A stretch of 64,000 bases of DNA from NCBI GenBank assembly GCA_951812315.1, contig CATOSA010000017.1, positions 16,666-80,665 of the forward strand. Direction: 5' to 3'. A program made the position numbers and the translations under genes. This document shows positions 1-9,284 of this stretch, piece by piece (the stretch's first letter is position 1; each line of letters starts with the position of its first letter). Under the pieces are notes generated by a model that was not told the DNA's origin, ran no database searches, and saw nothing but the letters and a program-made list of their open reading frames with translations. This stretch comes from an uncultured Burkholderiales bacterium. Its GTDB lineage: Bacteria; Pseudomonadota; Gammaproteobacteria; Burkholderiales; Eutrophovitaceae.

Positions 1-928
1 GTGACTTTGACGGCGCACGCACAAGACCTGCGCCGACGTTCATGGTCTGTAGCCAATTGTTCGGTTTGTTCTCTTCAATCACGAACAATCCCTGCAGACC
101 CATCATGACGTGTACGTGGGGTTGTACGTGGCAATGGTAGAACATCGTGCCCGCATGGCGGGGCGTCAGCTCATAGGTGCGCGAGAAGCCGGGCATCACC
201 GGCACTTCGCTGGTAATCGGTACGCCGTCATTGCCCTCGCCACTGACATCGACGAAGCCGTGATCTGCCCCGTGCAGGTGGATGGTATGCGGCATGTAGT
301 GGCTGTTTTCGAGCGTGATTCGCACCTGATCACCCTGCTCGATGCGAATCGCCGGCGACGGCAGGCGCAACGATGCCCGCGCGCGCTGCGATTCGAAGTT
401 CTCTACAGCCATACCAACGAACTTTGGTGCAAACACCCATAGACCGGGTTGTATGCCTGGCGCGATGTCATACTGGGTGACCGGTTTCGGCGACACTGGA
501 GAACCGCCATTGAGTTCCGTAACTTCCAGGCGAATATGGATTTCGTCAGGATCGCCGTCACCATCCAGATCGCGCCCTTTTTCCACCGCATCGGCAGTCA
601 GCTCACTGGCAAGCAATGTCTGTTGGTTGACATTGTTGGTACCTTTGACGAATGCCGCGACCGCATACGGGTTGTCCGCAACGCATGAGGCGGAAGCGGA
701 TACTTTCACGCCTTCTATAGTTTGCGCCTTACGCCAACCGGAGGCATCTTCCGGACAGAACGGCTCAGGGTCGACGGCGGGCATCTCGCGTGAAGACGGC
801 AGCGGCCGGTAGTCGCTCGCGCCGAACCAAGCAGTAAGTTGTATTCGAACTGGCAACGGGTACCACTGCGGTGGAAACGCAACGAGCGCAAGCACAATCG
901 CGATCAGCCACAACCAACGTTTTTTCAT
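1..928 (-). CDS. multicopper oxidase family protein, N-terminal part only (C-terminus lies beyond the window start)
   Basis: Absent from the ORF track because it runs off the edge. My minus-strand translation from the ATG at 926-928 gives MKKRWLWLIAIVLALVAF (signal peptide). Further in are HTIHLHG and FYHCHVQPHVHVMMGLQG, i.e. the HxHG and HCHxxxHxxxxM copper-ligand motifs. Confidence 0.75.
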   Translation of the reverse strand, partial: MKKRWLWLIAIVLALVAFPPQWYPLPVRIQLTAWFGASDYRPLPSSREMPAVDPEPFCPEDASGWRKAQTIEGVKVSASASCVADNPYAVAAFVKGTNNVNQQTLLASELTADAVEKGRDLDGDGDPDEIHIRLEVTELNGGSPVSPKPVTQYDIAPGIQPGLWVFAPKFVGMAVENFESQRARASLRLPSPAIRIEQGDQVRITLENSHYMPHTIHLHGADHGFVDVSGEGNDGVPITSEVPVMPGFSRTYELTPRHAGTMFYHCHVQPHVHVMMGLQGLFVIEENKPNNWLQTMNVGAGLVRAPSKS

Positions 929-978
929 TGCGCCACTTTCATTGCGCCGCTTTCATTGCACTACTTTCATTGCGCTAC
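923..978. repeat. 14-bp tandem repeat x4 (TTTCATTGCNNNNC; minus strand GCAATGAAA...)
   Basis: Units at 923-936, 937-950, 951-964 and 965-978, read directly. Unit 1 holds the oxidase ATG. Unit 4 holds the TGA stop of ORF 967..1578. Confidence 0.85.
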
Positions 979-1578
979 TGCCCCACGGCGCCGCAAGAAA
1001 CGGTAGCCCAGTGGCAATAACAGGATAATCACCGAACCAGAAAGCATTAGCCAGGTATAGTCGTTCTTGGCGACGGTGAATGGAAACACGGCTCTGTAAA
1101 TTGCATCTTTGGTCGGATGGCCGGCCGTGACAACCCCAATGTAATTGCCGGGCGCCGCAAAAGTATGATCGACCGACATCGAAGCGTCTGAATGCACTGT
1201 TGGTTCATGATAAAACACGGTGATCGGCTCGATATTCTCGATCGCTTCTATGTCACTTACCTGGACGAATCTGCCCAGGTCGGTCACATCAGTAATGATT
1301 CGAAAGTCAATCGGCACCTCTTTCATGCTGCCGTGCAAGTAGTCGAGCACAAACAAGGTCTCCCCTACATCTGGAAGTTCCTGACAAAATTGTTCGTTAC
1401 CGCGAGTCTGCGGCTGATACGCGGTGAAGTGTGCGTCGTAGAAACCGATCTCGATGATGCACTTGTCATCACGCAATACCATGCCCCCGCCAGCCCACAG
1501 CGAGCCCGCCATCAGTGTTGTAAACAAACCTGCACATAGCCAGCGCAAAACCGGCCAGCGCAAAACGTGCTGAGGCAT
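967..1578 (-). CDS. hypothetical exported/membrane-anchored protein
   Basis: 203-aa ORF. It has an N-terminal hydrophobic signal-like segment (LCAGLFTTLMAGSLWA) and a C-terminal TM helix (WLMLSGSVIILLLPLGY) followed by RRRG. No family recognised. Confidence 0.55.
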   Translation of the reverse strand: MPQHVLRWPVLRWLCAGLFTTLMAGSLWAGGGMVLRDDKCIIEIGFYDAHFTAYQPQTRGNEQFCQELPDVGETLFVLDYLHGSMKEVPIDFRIITDVTDLGRFVQVSDIEAIENIEPITVFYHEPTVHSDASMSVDHTFAAPGNYIGVVTAGHPTKDAIYRAVFPFTVAKNDYTWLMLSGSVIILLLPLGYRFLRRRGAVAQ

Positions 1579-1959
1579 GAATATCAGCCCGGTCTTAGCA
1601 TCGACGATTTCCCCGCCCAGATGCTGTCAGAATACCGAACTGGTACAGACTGGCCAAGTTGCTGAATTTCAGCATGGCAAGGGCCAGACACAGACTGCCC
1701 TTCCAGACGCACGCCGCCAGTACTTGCTGCGTTCCGCCCACTTCCGACCGAGACGGTTTTGCCCAAACCGACTATTGGACAAAGAAGAAATTCCATTTTT
1801 GACAGTTCGGCTCACTTCTCTCACGGCGCCACGCGCGCCGCGCAAAAAATAATTGTTATCAATTGTTTAAACAGCAACCCACTTATGCCAGTACAAGAAT
1901 TCCGGTGCAAATTACTGATAAACTAAATTCATTTACAGCGAAGATGGGCAATCACATTA

Positions 1960-2118
1960 ATGACAATGGCGGTCGGCGAAAATTCCAATAACAAACGTCC
2001 CACAAAACGCTGGGTACGCATCATACAGTCGATTGGCGCGCTTATTGTGACCGCATTTGTGCTGTGGTTTCTGTTTGGGGTGCCGGGATATATCCTGTTC
2101 TCAATCTTCATGGATTAG
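1960..2118 (+). CDS. possible small single-TM membrane protein (52 aa)
   Basis: My translation is MTMAVGENSNNKRPTKRWVRIIQSIGALIVTAFVLWFLFGVPGYILFSIFMD: a basic N-terminus followed by one hydrophobic helix. No clear SD. Too short for the ORF track. Confidence 0.25.
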   Translation: MTMAVGENSNNKRPTKRWVRIIQSIGALIVTAFVLWFLFGVPGYILFSIFMD

Positions 2119-2547
2119 AAAAGCTGTTGCTCTTTGGCGAAAGACCGATCTTTTCGGCGCCACCCTCAATGCGTCCCCAACAATGACTGTTTCGAAGATC
2201 ACTGGTTTGTTCTCGATCAAGGTATCGGCATTAAGTTTCGGGCGATACGTTCAGCAACCAGCAACAGATACATAGCTGATCGATCCCGGTCCGAACTGCG
2301 CTCGAAGTGGCACTGCACCTCATGCAACGCCAGATTCGTAGATCCGGAGTTCAGGCACGTTGAGATCGTACGCGCCGGTTCCGCCTGCCCGTCGAGCCAC
2401 GTGGCACCCCTCATTGCGGAACCCCCAGGCAAAAAAGTGCGCAACCATAACAATTGCGCACCCATCGCTTCGCCACTATGTCCGGCTTCAGCAGTGCTGC
2501 CGGACTAGTCCAGCAGCGCTGACATCGCCAGTTTCTTTATTGTATCC

Positions 2548-2895
2548 CTAGTGGTGTCCTCCGCCCTGGAAGAACTGCCTCCAGTCAGTGAAGAACATTT
2601 CGCGCGTCCCGAATACGTAATTGGCCTCCAGTGCCATCAATGCGATCAGAACGCCGATCGCCAACGTTGGTACCAGTATGGCGTAAATTAGCGCCCAACG
2701 CTCCCACATCATGTGCATGAACACGGCGACGATAAGCCCTGCCTTGAGGAACATGAAAATAAGAATCAGGCTCCAGCGCAAGTAGCCCTGAAACGCCATG
2801 TAATCGACCATGTACGAGAACGCGCTCAGCACGAACAGCAATCCCCATATCCAAAAATAGGTACTAATCGGATGCTCTTGACCTTCCGTTGCCAT
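2548..2895 (-). CDS. cytochrome c oxidase subunit IV (prokaryotic COX4-like)
   Basis: 115 aa with three hydrophobic helices. Last gene of the oxidase cluster. The sequence style (FWIWGLLFVLSAFSY ... FMFLKAGLIVAVFMHM) is typical of bacterial subunit IV. Confidence 0.75.
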   Translation of the reverse strand: MATEGQEHPISTYFWIWGLLFVLSAFSYMVDYMAFQGYLRWSLILIFMFLKAGLIVAVFMHMMWERWALIYAILVPTLAIGVLIALMALEANYVFGTREMFFTDWRQFFQGGGHH

Positions 2896-2953
2896 TCTTT
2901 TCCCCTTACTTGTTCACTGAATTACGGTGTGTATTGTTACCCGGCCAGACGCA

Positions 2954-3652
2954 TCACCATAAATAGAAGAATGCAAAAATAAATACCCAAACCAAGTCCA
3001 CGAAGTGCCAGTACAGGCCCATCGTTTCAACCATTTCGTAGCGTCCCTTGCGCCCGGTCATAAACCCGGGCCGTTCGTGGTCAAAGTCACCCCTGCGGAC
3101 TTTGATCGCGATGATAATCAGGAATATCACGCCGAAGGTCACGTGTGTACCGTGGAACCCGGTAATCATGAAGAATGCCGCGCCAAACTGCGGCGCACCC
3201 ATCGGATTACTCCAGGGCCGAACACCTTCTTGAATGAGCTTGGTCCATTCGAAAGCCTGCATGCCAACAAACGACGCACCGAGCAATGCTGTAATGATCA
3301 GCAACCAGAACGTGACGTTGCGATTCTTCTCATACCCGAACTTCACTGCCATGGCCATCGTGCCACTGCTCGTAATGAGAATAAAAGTCATGATGGCGAT
3401 CAGCAGAAGCGGTACAGGTGTACCAAAGGCTTCGAGTGCAAACACCTCACTCGGGTTCGGCCACTCCACCATCGTCGTCATGCGTACCGACATGTACGCT
3501 ACGAGGAAGCAGGAGAACACAAATGTGTCGCTGAGCAAGAAGATCCACATCATGGCCTTGCCCCAAGGCACGCCCTTGAATGCGCGCTGATCGGAAGACC
3601 AATCGGCTACGAGACCCTTCAGACCGGGTTGTAACTGGACAGATTCAGACAC
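2954..3652 (-). CDS. coxC: cytochrome c oxidase subunit III
   Basis: 232 aa. Carries haem-copper oxidase subunit III signatures (FFMITGFHGTHVTFGVIFL, YWHFVDLVWVFIF). Confidence 0.9.
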   Translation of the reverse strand: MSESVQLQPGLKGLVADWSSDQRAFKGVPWGKAMMWIFLLSDTFVFSCFLVAYMSVRMTTMVEWPNPSEVFALEAFGTPVPLLLIAIMTFILITSSGTMAMAVKFGYEKNRNVTFWLLIITALLGASFVGMQAFEWTKLIQEGVRPWSNPMGAPQFGAAFFMITGFHGTHVTFGVIFLIIIAIKVRRGDFDHERPGFMTGRKGRYEMVETMGLYWHFVDLVWVFIFAFFYLW

Positions 3653-3670
3653 TTTCGAGACCCCTTCTTG

Positions 3671-4354
3671 TTATGTTGTCAACAACAACCCAAATAAGAT
3701 CAACCAAACGACCAACAGGTAATGCCAATAAACGGCGCACAATTCGACGCCGACCTTGATGGACTCCATGTCCTGTCGGCGCCACAAACGCGATACGGTT
3801 CGCGACAACGCGACCAGACCGCCAATCAGATGCAACGCATGCGCACCGGTCAGAACGTAAAAGAAACCGATCGCCGGGTTACCAATCGCAAAAAATCCGG
3901 CCGATGCAAGTTGTTCCCATGCGGTCCATTGGCCAAATATGAACGCAATCGAAAAAGCGCCACCAATGCCCACGCCGAGCCAGACTGTCTGAAGGTTGCC
4001 TCGTTTCGCACCAACCCAACCCCATTGAAGAAAAACGCTGCTCAATACGAGGATAGCTGTATTGGTCCAAAGCAGCGCCGGTTCCGTGATCGGACGCCAG
4101 TCCGGGTATTCCATGCGGATTGAATACGCACTGATGAACAACGCGAACAATGATGTCGCAACCGCGAGAAATACACCGAGCCCGATTTTGATATTGGAGA
4201 GCGGCTTGCTCGTAATCGGCGATCTGATGCCTTCGTCACGAACGCTGTCTGTCGCAGGATGCGCAACCCAAGGCTGCACATTGATGGTTTGCTTGACCAG
4301 CCACCAAACGACCGCCCCCATCAACAGAGCGAGAAAAACCAGCACAATGCTCAA
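3671..4354 (-). CDS. second cytochrome c oxidase subunit III-like protein
   Basis: 227 aa polytopic protein ending in FFYVLTGAHALHLIGG ... AVYWHYLLVVWLILF, the same subunit III signature. Confidence 0.8.
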   Translation of the reverse strand: MSIVLVFLALLMGAVVWWLVKQTINVQPWVAHPATDSVRDEGIRSPITSKPLSNIKIGLGVFLAVATSLFALFISAYSIRMEYPDWRPITEPALLWTNTAILVLSSVFLQWGWVGAKRGNLQTVWLGVGIGGAFSIAFIFGQWTAWEQLASAGFFAIGNPAIGFFYVLTGAHALHLIGGLVALSRTVSRLWRRQDMESIKVGVELCAVYWHYLLVVWLILFGLLLTT

Positions 4355-4399
4355 TGAATTTCCTTTCGAGCCAAAACTCTAGCTACGGGCTACTTGCAC

Positions 4400-6166
4400 C
4401 TACGCCTTTTTCACGTCCTTGGGCGGAACATTCTGCGGAATATAGTCATCCGCCGCTCCCGGCACGCCAAAGTCGTACGCCCACCGATATACAGCCGGTA
4501 GTTCCGGACCGAAGTTGCCATGTTTCGGAGGGTTATCCGCTGTCTGCCATTCCAGAGTCGTTGCTTCCCACGGATTTGGATCAGCCTTCTTGCCGCGGAA
4601 ATAACTGACAATCATGTTGTAGATGAAGAACAACTGGGCCAACGCGACGACGATCGCCGCAATCGTGATCGCCGCATTGAGGTCCTGGGAAGACTCGGAC
4701 ATGAACGCGGTGTCGCCGTAAGCAAAGTAACGCCGCGGAATACCTTCGAGACCCAAGTAGTGCATCGGATAGTAGATGGCGTAGGTCCCAAGGAAAGTCA
4801 GCCAGAAATGGACTTTTGCCAAGCCATCATCGTACATTCTGCCGGTGATCTTCGGATACCAGTGATAAATAGCGCCAAAAATAACAAGAACCGGCGATAC
4901 CGCCATCACCATGTGGAAATGCGCGATAACAAAATAAGTGTCCGACAACGGCAAATCTACCGTCACATTACCCAGGAACAAACCTGTCAACCCGCCGTTG
5001 ATGAAGGTAAACACAAAGCCGATCGCGAACAGCATCGGGACATTCAGGCGAATATTGCCGCGCCATAGCGTCAGCACCCAGTTGTACACCTTGAGCGCGG
5101 TCGGCACTGCAATAATGAGCGTCGTCGTAGCAAAGAAGAATCCGAAGTACGGATTCATGCCACTGACATACATGTGATGCGCCCACACGATGAAACTCAG
5201 GCCGCCAATCGCAACGATTGCCCAGACCATCATGCGGTATCCGAAAATGGCTTTTCTGGCATGTGTACTCAACAAGTCAGAAACGATTCCGAATGCCGGC
5301 AAGGCAACGATGTAGACCTCGGGATGTCCAAAGAACCAGAACAGGTGCTGAAACAGTATTGGGCTGCCGCCGTCATACGCCGTTTGCTCTCCCAATGAGA
5401 CCATAGCCGGCATGAAGAAACTGGTGCCGATCAGCTTGTCCAGCAGCATCATGATCGCGCTGACCAGCAGCGCCGGGAATGCGAGCAATGCAAGGATCGT
5501 TGCGACAAAAATTCCCCACACGGTAAGCGGCATGCGCATCAGGGACATGCCGCGCGTGCGCGCCTGCAACACCGTAACAACGTAATTCAAACCGCCCATC
5601 GTGAACCCGATGATGAACACGCCCAGCGACAACAGCATCAGGATGATTCCACCATCAGAGCCCGGCGTTCCTTCGGTAATCGCTTGAGGTGGGTACAAGG
5701 TCCATCCTGCGCCCGTCGCGCCGCCCGGCACGAAAAAGCTTGCTACCAGAATGAGCACTGCCGCCAGATACACCCAATAACTGATCATGTTCAGATATGG
5801 GAAGACCATATCTCTTGCTCCGACCATCAGCGGAATCAAATAATTGCCGAATCCGCCGAGGAACAGTGCCGTCAGCAGATAAACGACCATAATCATGCCG
5901 TGCATCGTGACGAACTGAATATAGTTCGAAGGATCGATAAAGGAAAACGTGTTCGGGAAACCCAGTTGCAGTCGCATGATCACCGACAGCACCAACGCAA
6001 CCAGGCCGATGGCGATGGCCGTAATACCATATTGAATGGCGATTACCTTGGCGTCCTGGCTCCATACATATTTACCTATCCAGGTCTTTGCGTGGTAAAG
6101 CTCCATTTCCCCCACTTCTGCGGGCGGGGCAAAATCCACGGCATCATGGGCGGTCGTCTCTGACAT
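4400..6166 (-). CDS. coxA: cytochrome c oxidase subunit I
   Basis: 588 aa with canonical haem-copper oxidase motifs (WFFGHPEVYI, VWAHHMY, HFHMV). Confidence 0.95.
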   Translation of the reverse strand: MSETTAHDAVDFAPPAEVGEMELYHAKTWIGKYVWSQDAKVIAIQYGITAIAIGLVALVLSVIMRLQLGFPNTFSFIDPSNYIQFVTMHGMIMVVYLLTALFLGGFGNYLIPLMVGARDMVFPYLNMISYWVYLAAVLILVASFFVPGGATGAGWTLYPPQAITEGTPGSDGGIILMLLSLGVFIIGFTMGGLNYVVTVLQARTRGMSLMRMPLTVWGIFVATILALLAFPALLVSAIMMLLDKLIGTSFFMPAMVSLGEQTAYDGGSPILFQHLFWFFGHPEVYIVALPAFGIVSDLLSTHARKAIFGYRMMVWAIVAIGGLSFIVWAHHMYVSGMNPYFGFFFATTTLIIAVPTALKVYNWVLTLWRGNIRLNVPMLFAIGFVFTFINGGLTGLFLGNVTVDLPLSDTYFVIAHFHMVMAVSPVLVIFGAIYHWYPKITGRMYDDGLAKVHFWLTFLGTYAIYYPMHYLGLEGIPRRYFAYGDTAFMSESSQDLNAAITIAAIVVALAQLFFIYNMIVSYFRGKKADPNPWEATTLEWQTADNPPKHGNFGPELPAVYRWAYDFGVPGAADDYIPQNVPPKDVKKA

Positions 6167-7560
6167 CAGTGATTCTCCCTAGTGGCGACTTGCTGAGGTT
6201 TCTTTCCAGACAAAGTATTTATATATGCGACAACGTCGTTGACCCGATCTTCGGTTTGCAAGATCGCTGCCATCAAGTTCATTTGCATCCCGAAATCATC
6301 GTCCGGATGTGCACCCCGAATGCCGTCACGGAACTTCTTGAGCTGACTGGCGATATACCAGTCACTCATGCCCGCCTGGCGGGGTGCCCTGGTAGCGGCT
6401 TTGCCTTCTCCATTTACGCCGTGACAAACGGAACAATTCCTGTAAATCTTTTCCCCTGAGGCGACATCACCGACGATCGTTGTTGGCGGTGGATTGTCCG
6501 GCAGCGTCTCGATATACGCGATGACGTTTTCAATGGCCGCATCATCAACGAGCATCCCCGCCATCGCCGCCATCTGCTTACCCGTTTCATCATCTTCGTG
6601 CGCTCCACGCGCGCCCGATTTAAAGTTCTGGAGCTGGCGCCGCATATACCAGCCTTCCTGACCAGCCAGCTTCGGCCCGTTAAGTGCCTGATTGCCCTCT
6701 CCTGCAGCCCCATGACAGGCTACACATACGGCATATGTGCCTTCTCCGACACTCGGATCGCCTGCTTTCATTGCCAAAATCTCGGAGTACGTGGGCTGGG
6801 CAGCCAGCCAGGCGTCGTAGTCTGCCTGCTCATCGACGACGACCATCCCTCGCATCGCGAAGTGCGCAAGGCCACAGTGTTCTTCGCACAGGACTTCGAA
6901 CGAACCAGTCCGTGTAGGCGTAAACCACAAATAAGATACCAACCCCGGTACGAGGTCCATTTTTACGCGAAACTGGGCCACCGCAAAATCATGAAGCACG
7001 TCCAGGGAACGCAAATTGAACTTCACCGGCTTATCGAGTGGAACGTGAACGGTTTGACTGGTTATGAGCACGTCGTCCTGACCGTCCGGGTCATCGGCAT
7101 CCATGCCAAACGGATTGTCGTCACTGATGAAACGTGATTCGACGGCACCCAATTTTCCATCCTCGCCGGGAAGGCGATAACTCCAGTTCCACTGCTGGCC
7201 AACGGCTTCTACGACATGCGCGTCTTCCGGAACAGTAACAAAGTCAGCCCAGACGAACAGGCCTGGTGTCAGCAAGGCCGCCACACCGACGGCAGTGATG
7301 CCAGTAAGCCATCCTTCGAGCTTTTTGTCTTCGGGCTTGTATTCGGAACGTCGATTCCGGTTATAGCGAAACTTGATGACCGCATACGCCATAAACAGGT
7401 TCACGGCAACGAACACGACGCCTGTGACCCAGAACGTCAGGTCAAGCGTGAAGTCGATGGTGCTCCAGTTGGACGCAAGTTCCGTCAAATACCACGGACT
7501 CACGACATGGAACAGCAGCGAACCAAAAATCAACAAAATTAGAACAATTGCGAACACCAT
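6166..7560 (-). CDS. coxB: cytochrome c oxidase subunit II fused to two c-type cytochrome domains
   Basis: 464 aa with two N-terminal TM helices. CuA site HDF...CEEHCGLAHFAM. Two CxxCH motifs (CVACH, CSVCH). Its TGA overlaps the subunit I ATG as TGATG. Confidence 0.95.
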   Translation of the reverse strand: MVFAIVLILLIFGSLLFHVVSPWYLTELASNWSTIDFTLDLTFWVTGVVFVAVNLFMAYAVIKFRYNRNRRSEYKPEDKKLEGWLTGITAVGVAALLTPGLFVWADFVTVPEDAHVVEAVGQQWNWSYRLPGEDGKLGAVESRFISDDNPFGMDADDPDGQDDVLITSQTVHVPLDKPVKFNLRSLDVLHDFAVAQFRVKMDLVPGLVSYLWFTPTRTGSFEVLCEEHCGLAHFAMRGMVVVDEQADYDAWLAAQPTYSEILAMKAGDPSVGEGTYAVCVACHGAAGEGNQALNGPKLAGQEGWYMRRQLQNFKSGARGAHEDDETGKQMAAMAGMLVDDAAIENVIAYIETLPDNPPPTTIVGDVASGEKIYRNCSVCHGVNGEGKAATRAPRQAGMSDWYIASQLKKFRDGIRGAHPDDDFGMQMNLMAAILQTEDRVNDVVAYINTLSGKKPQQVATRENH

Positions 7561-8461
7561 TGAGCTTACCCCTTAATCCCGGCAATCATTGCAGTGATTT
7601 TAACGTCGAATGTTTCGAACTATTGTTATTTGGAAATCCTCGAAGCATCTAGTTGCCGATGCCGTCGCGGGTAACAAGAAATTGTTTGCAGGGATGACGT
7701 GCAGAGAAGCACGGCGCGCTGTGCACCAGAGCCGCCTAGTACCCGGCGTCCAGACAACGACCGGGCGTAATACACACTGCATCGCCTGCTTTCGGATCGA
7801 GATTAACGGACAGGATCCCGATGTCCCCCTCATATGATTCTTATACCCCCTTCGCAGGTGCGGATGATAACGGACGGCAAACGGCTAGTAAATACAATGG
7901 GCGCCAGAATCCTTATAAAAAATGCGATGTTATTCGATTAAGGGGGGACTGTTTGCATAATCCTTAACGCGAATTCAGCGTATCAGCGCAAAGAATTCGA
8001 AGCTGATTCATTGCATCACGGCACACAATTTCGAGCGAGCCTGCGATTTCTTGAACCCTGTTTTGCGGGTGTATTTTGAGCAGCCAAACACGAAGGCCGC
8101 TGCATTCGCAACGCACAGCGCCTGTTTCAGAAAATGTCACCGCCTTTGCCCATAATAGTTATGTAAATCAATGATATGGCGGGATTTTCCGGGCACCATG
8201 TTCGATGTCTCCGGGGTTCGATGTTCCTGGTATGGTCAGCGAAGTACAGGCGGACGAAAGTTCGCTTGTCAGTACCAGCCAGCCGTCGCCATGCCACTGT
8301 CCGGCCCCCAGCTGATAGATTCAAAAACAAGCGCTTCGTGCTAGCATCCTCGCCGCACTAATAGCACCTCTATCCAGTTCTGTTAACCAGGACTGTACCC
8401 GGCACGCCTCGCGGGCTTGCTATTTCCAAACCGATTCATGTCACAGGATAACCAGACCCTT

Positions 8462-8992
8462 ATGCTTAAAAGTCGTTTCCTTTCCTTGCTCACCGTATTG
8501 CTGTTCGCCACCGGCTGTGCGACCAGTGTTACGAAAGACATATTAGTTGACGCCGACGCCGATCCCAAAGCGAATTTCAGCGCGTACAAGAGCTACGCGT
8601 GGCTCGGATCAGCAACCATCGTTTACGACGAAACCGGAAGATGGGAACCGCCCGCTTTTGATGCGGACTCGGAAATCAAGTTCTTGATCGATCGCGAGCT
8701 TCGCAAACGCGGAATGGTCGAGGATTCCTTTACCCCGGACATGATCGTCGTGTTCGCGGCTGGCGTTGACATGGACGTAATGCAATACAAGGTCGATCCG
8801 GAAAGCGAAATCGATGTACTCGAGAACGTTCCATTGGGCGCGCTTTCAATCGTGCTTGTGGATGCCGAGACCGAAGTCGTGATCTGGGCTGGACTGGCCA
8901 CTGCGGAGATTCAGGACGATCCAACAACGGAAGTCGTCAAGAAGCGTCTCGACTACGCAGTTACAAACATGCTCAAAGAATTGCCGCGCTGA
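8462..8992 (+). CDS. DUF4136-like lipoprotein
   Basis: Start chosen at MLKSRFLSLLTVLLFATGC (lipobox LFATGC) inside ORF 8417..8992. The DUF4136 family call is from memory of that family's sequence pattern. Confidence 0.6.
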   Translation: MLKSRFLSLLTVLLFATGCATSVTKDILVDADADPKANFSAYKSYAWLGSATIVYDETGRWEPPAFDADSEIKFLIDRELRKRGMVEDSFTPDMIVVFAAGVDMDVMQYKVDPESEIDVLENVPLGALSIVLVDAETEVVIWAGLATAEIQDDPTTEVVKKRLDYAVTNMLKELPR

Positions 8993-9101
8993 ATTCCCAA
9001 AAAATGATGAGTCAGACTTGGGACGACGCATTCAGGATTGCTCAGCACGAGTTTTGAACCGCAGTCTGCACGTATCAGCTAGCCTGTCAATCTACGAAAA
9101 A

Positions 9102-9132
9102 AATGGCGCTCCATCATGGGCGCCATTTTTTT
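9102..9132. terminator. bidirectional rho-independent terminator
   Basis: Stem AATGGCGC/GCGCCATT around a 9-nt loop, flanked by an A7 run upstream and a T7 run downstream. Confidence 0.6.
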
Positions 9133-9185
9133 GTCCAGTGCGACGAGCATGGATGCCCCGCTCCTGTAGCCGGCATCGACGGACA

Positions 9186-9215
9186 ATAAAAAACGCCCCT
9201 CGAAAGAGGGGCGTT
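9186..9215 (-). terminator. rho-independent terminator for the Mo-hydroxylase operon
   Basis: Hairpin AACGCCCCTC-GAAA-GAGGGGCGTT. On the minus strand it is followed by a T-run. Confidence 0.6.
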
Positions 9216-9284
9216 CAAACTTCCGGATCATCAGGCCGCGAGGATTGCCCTCGCCGCCTGAGTGTCTCCTGTGATGATCAGACG

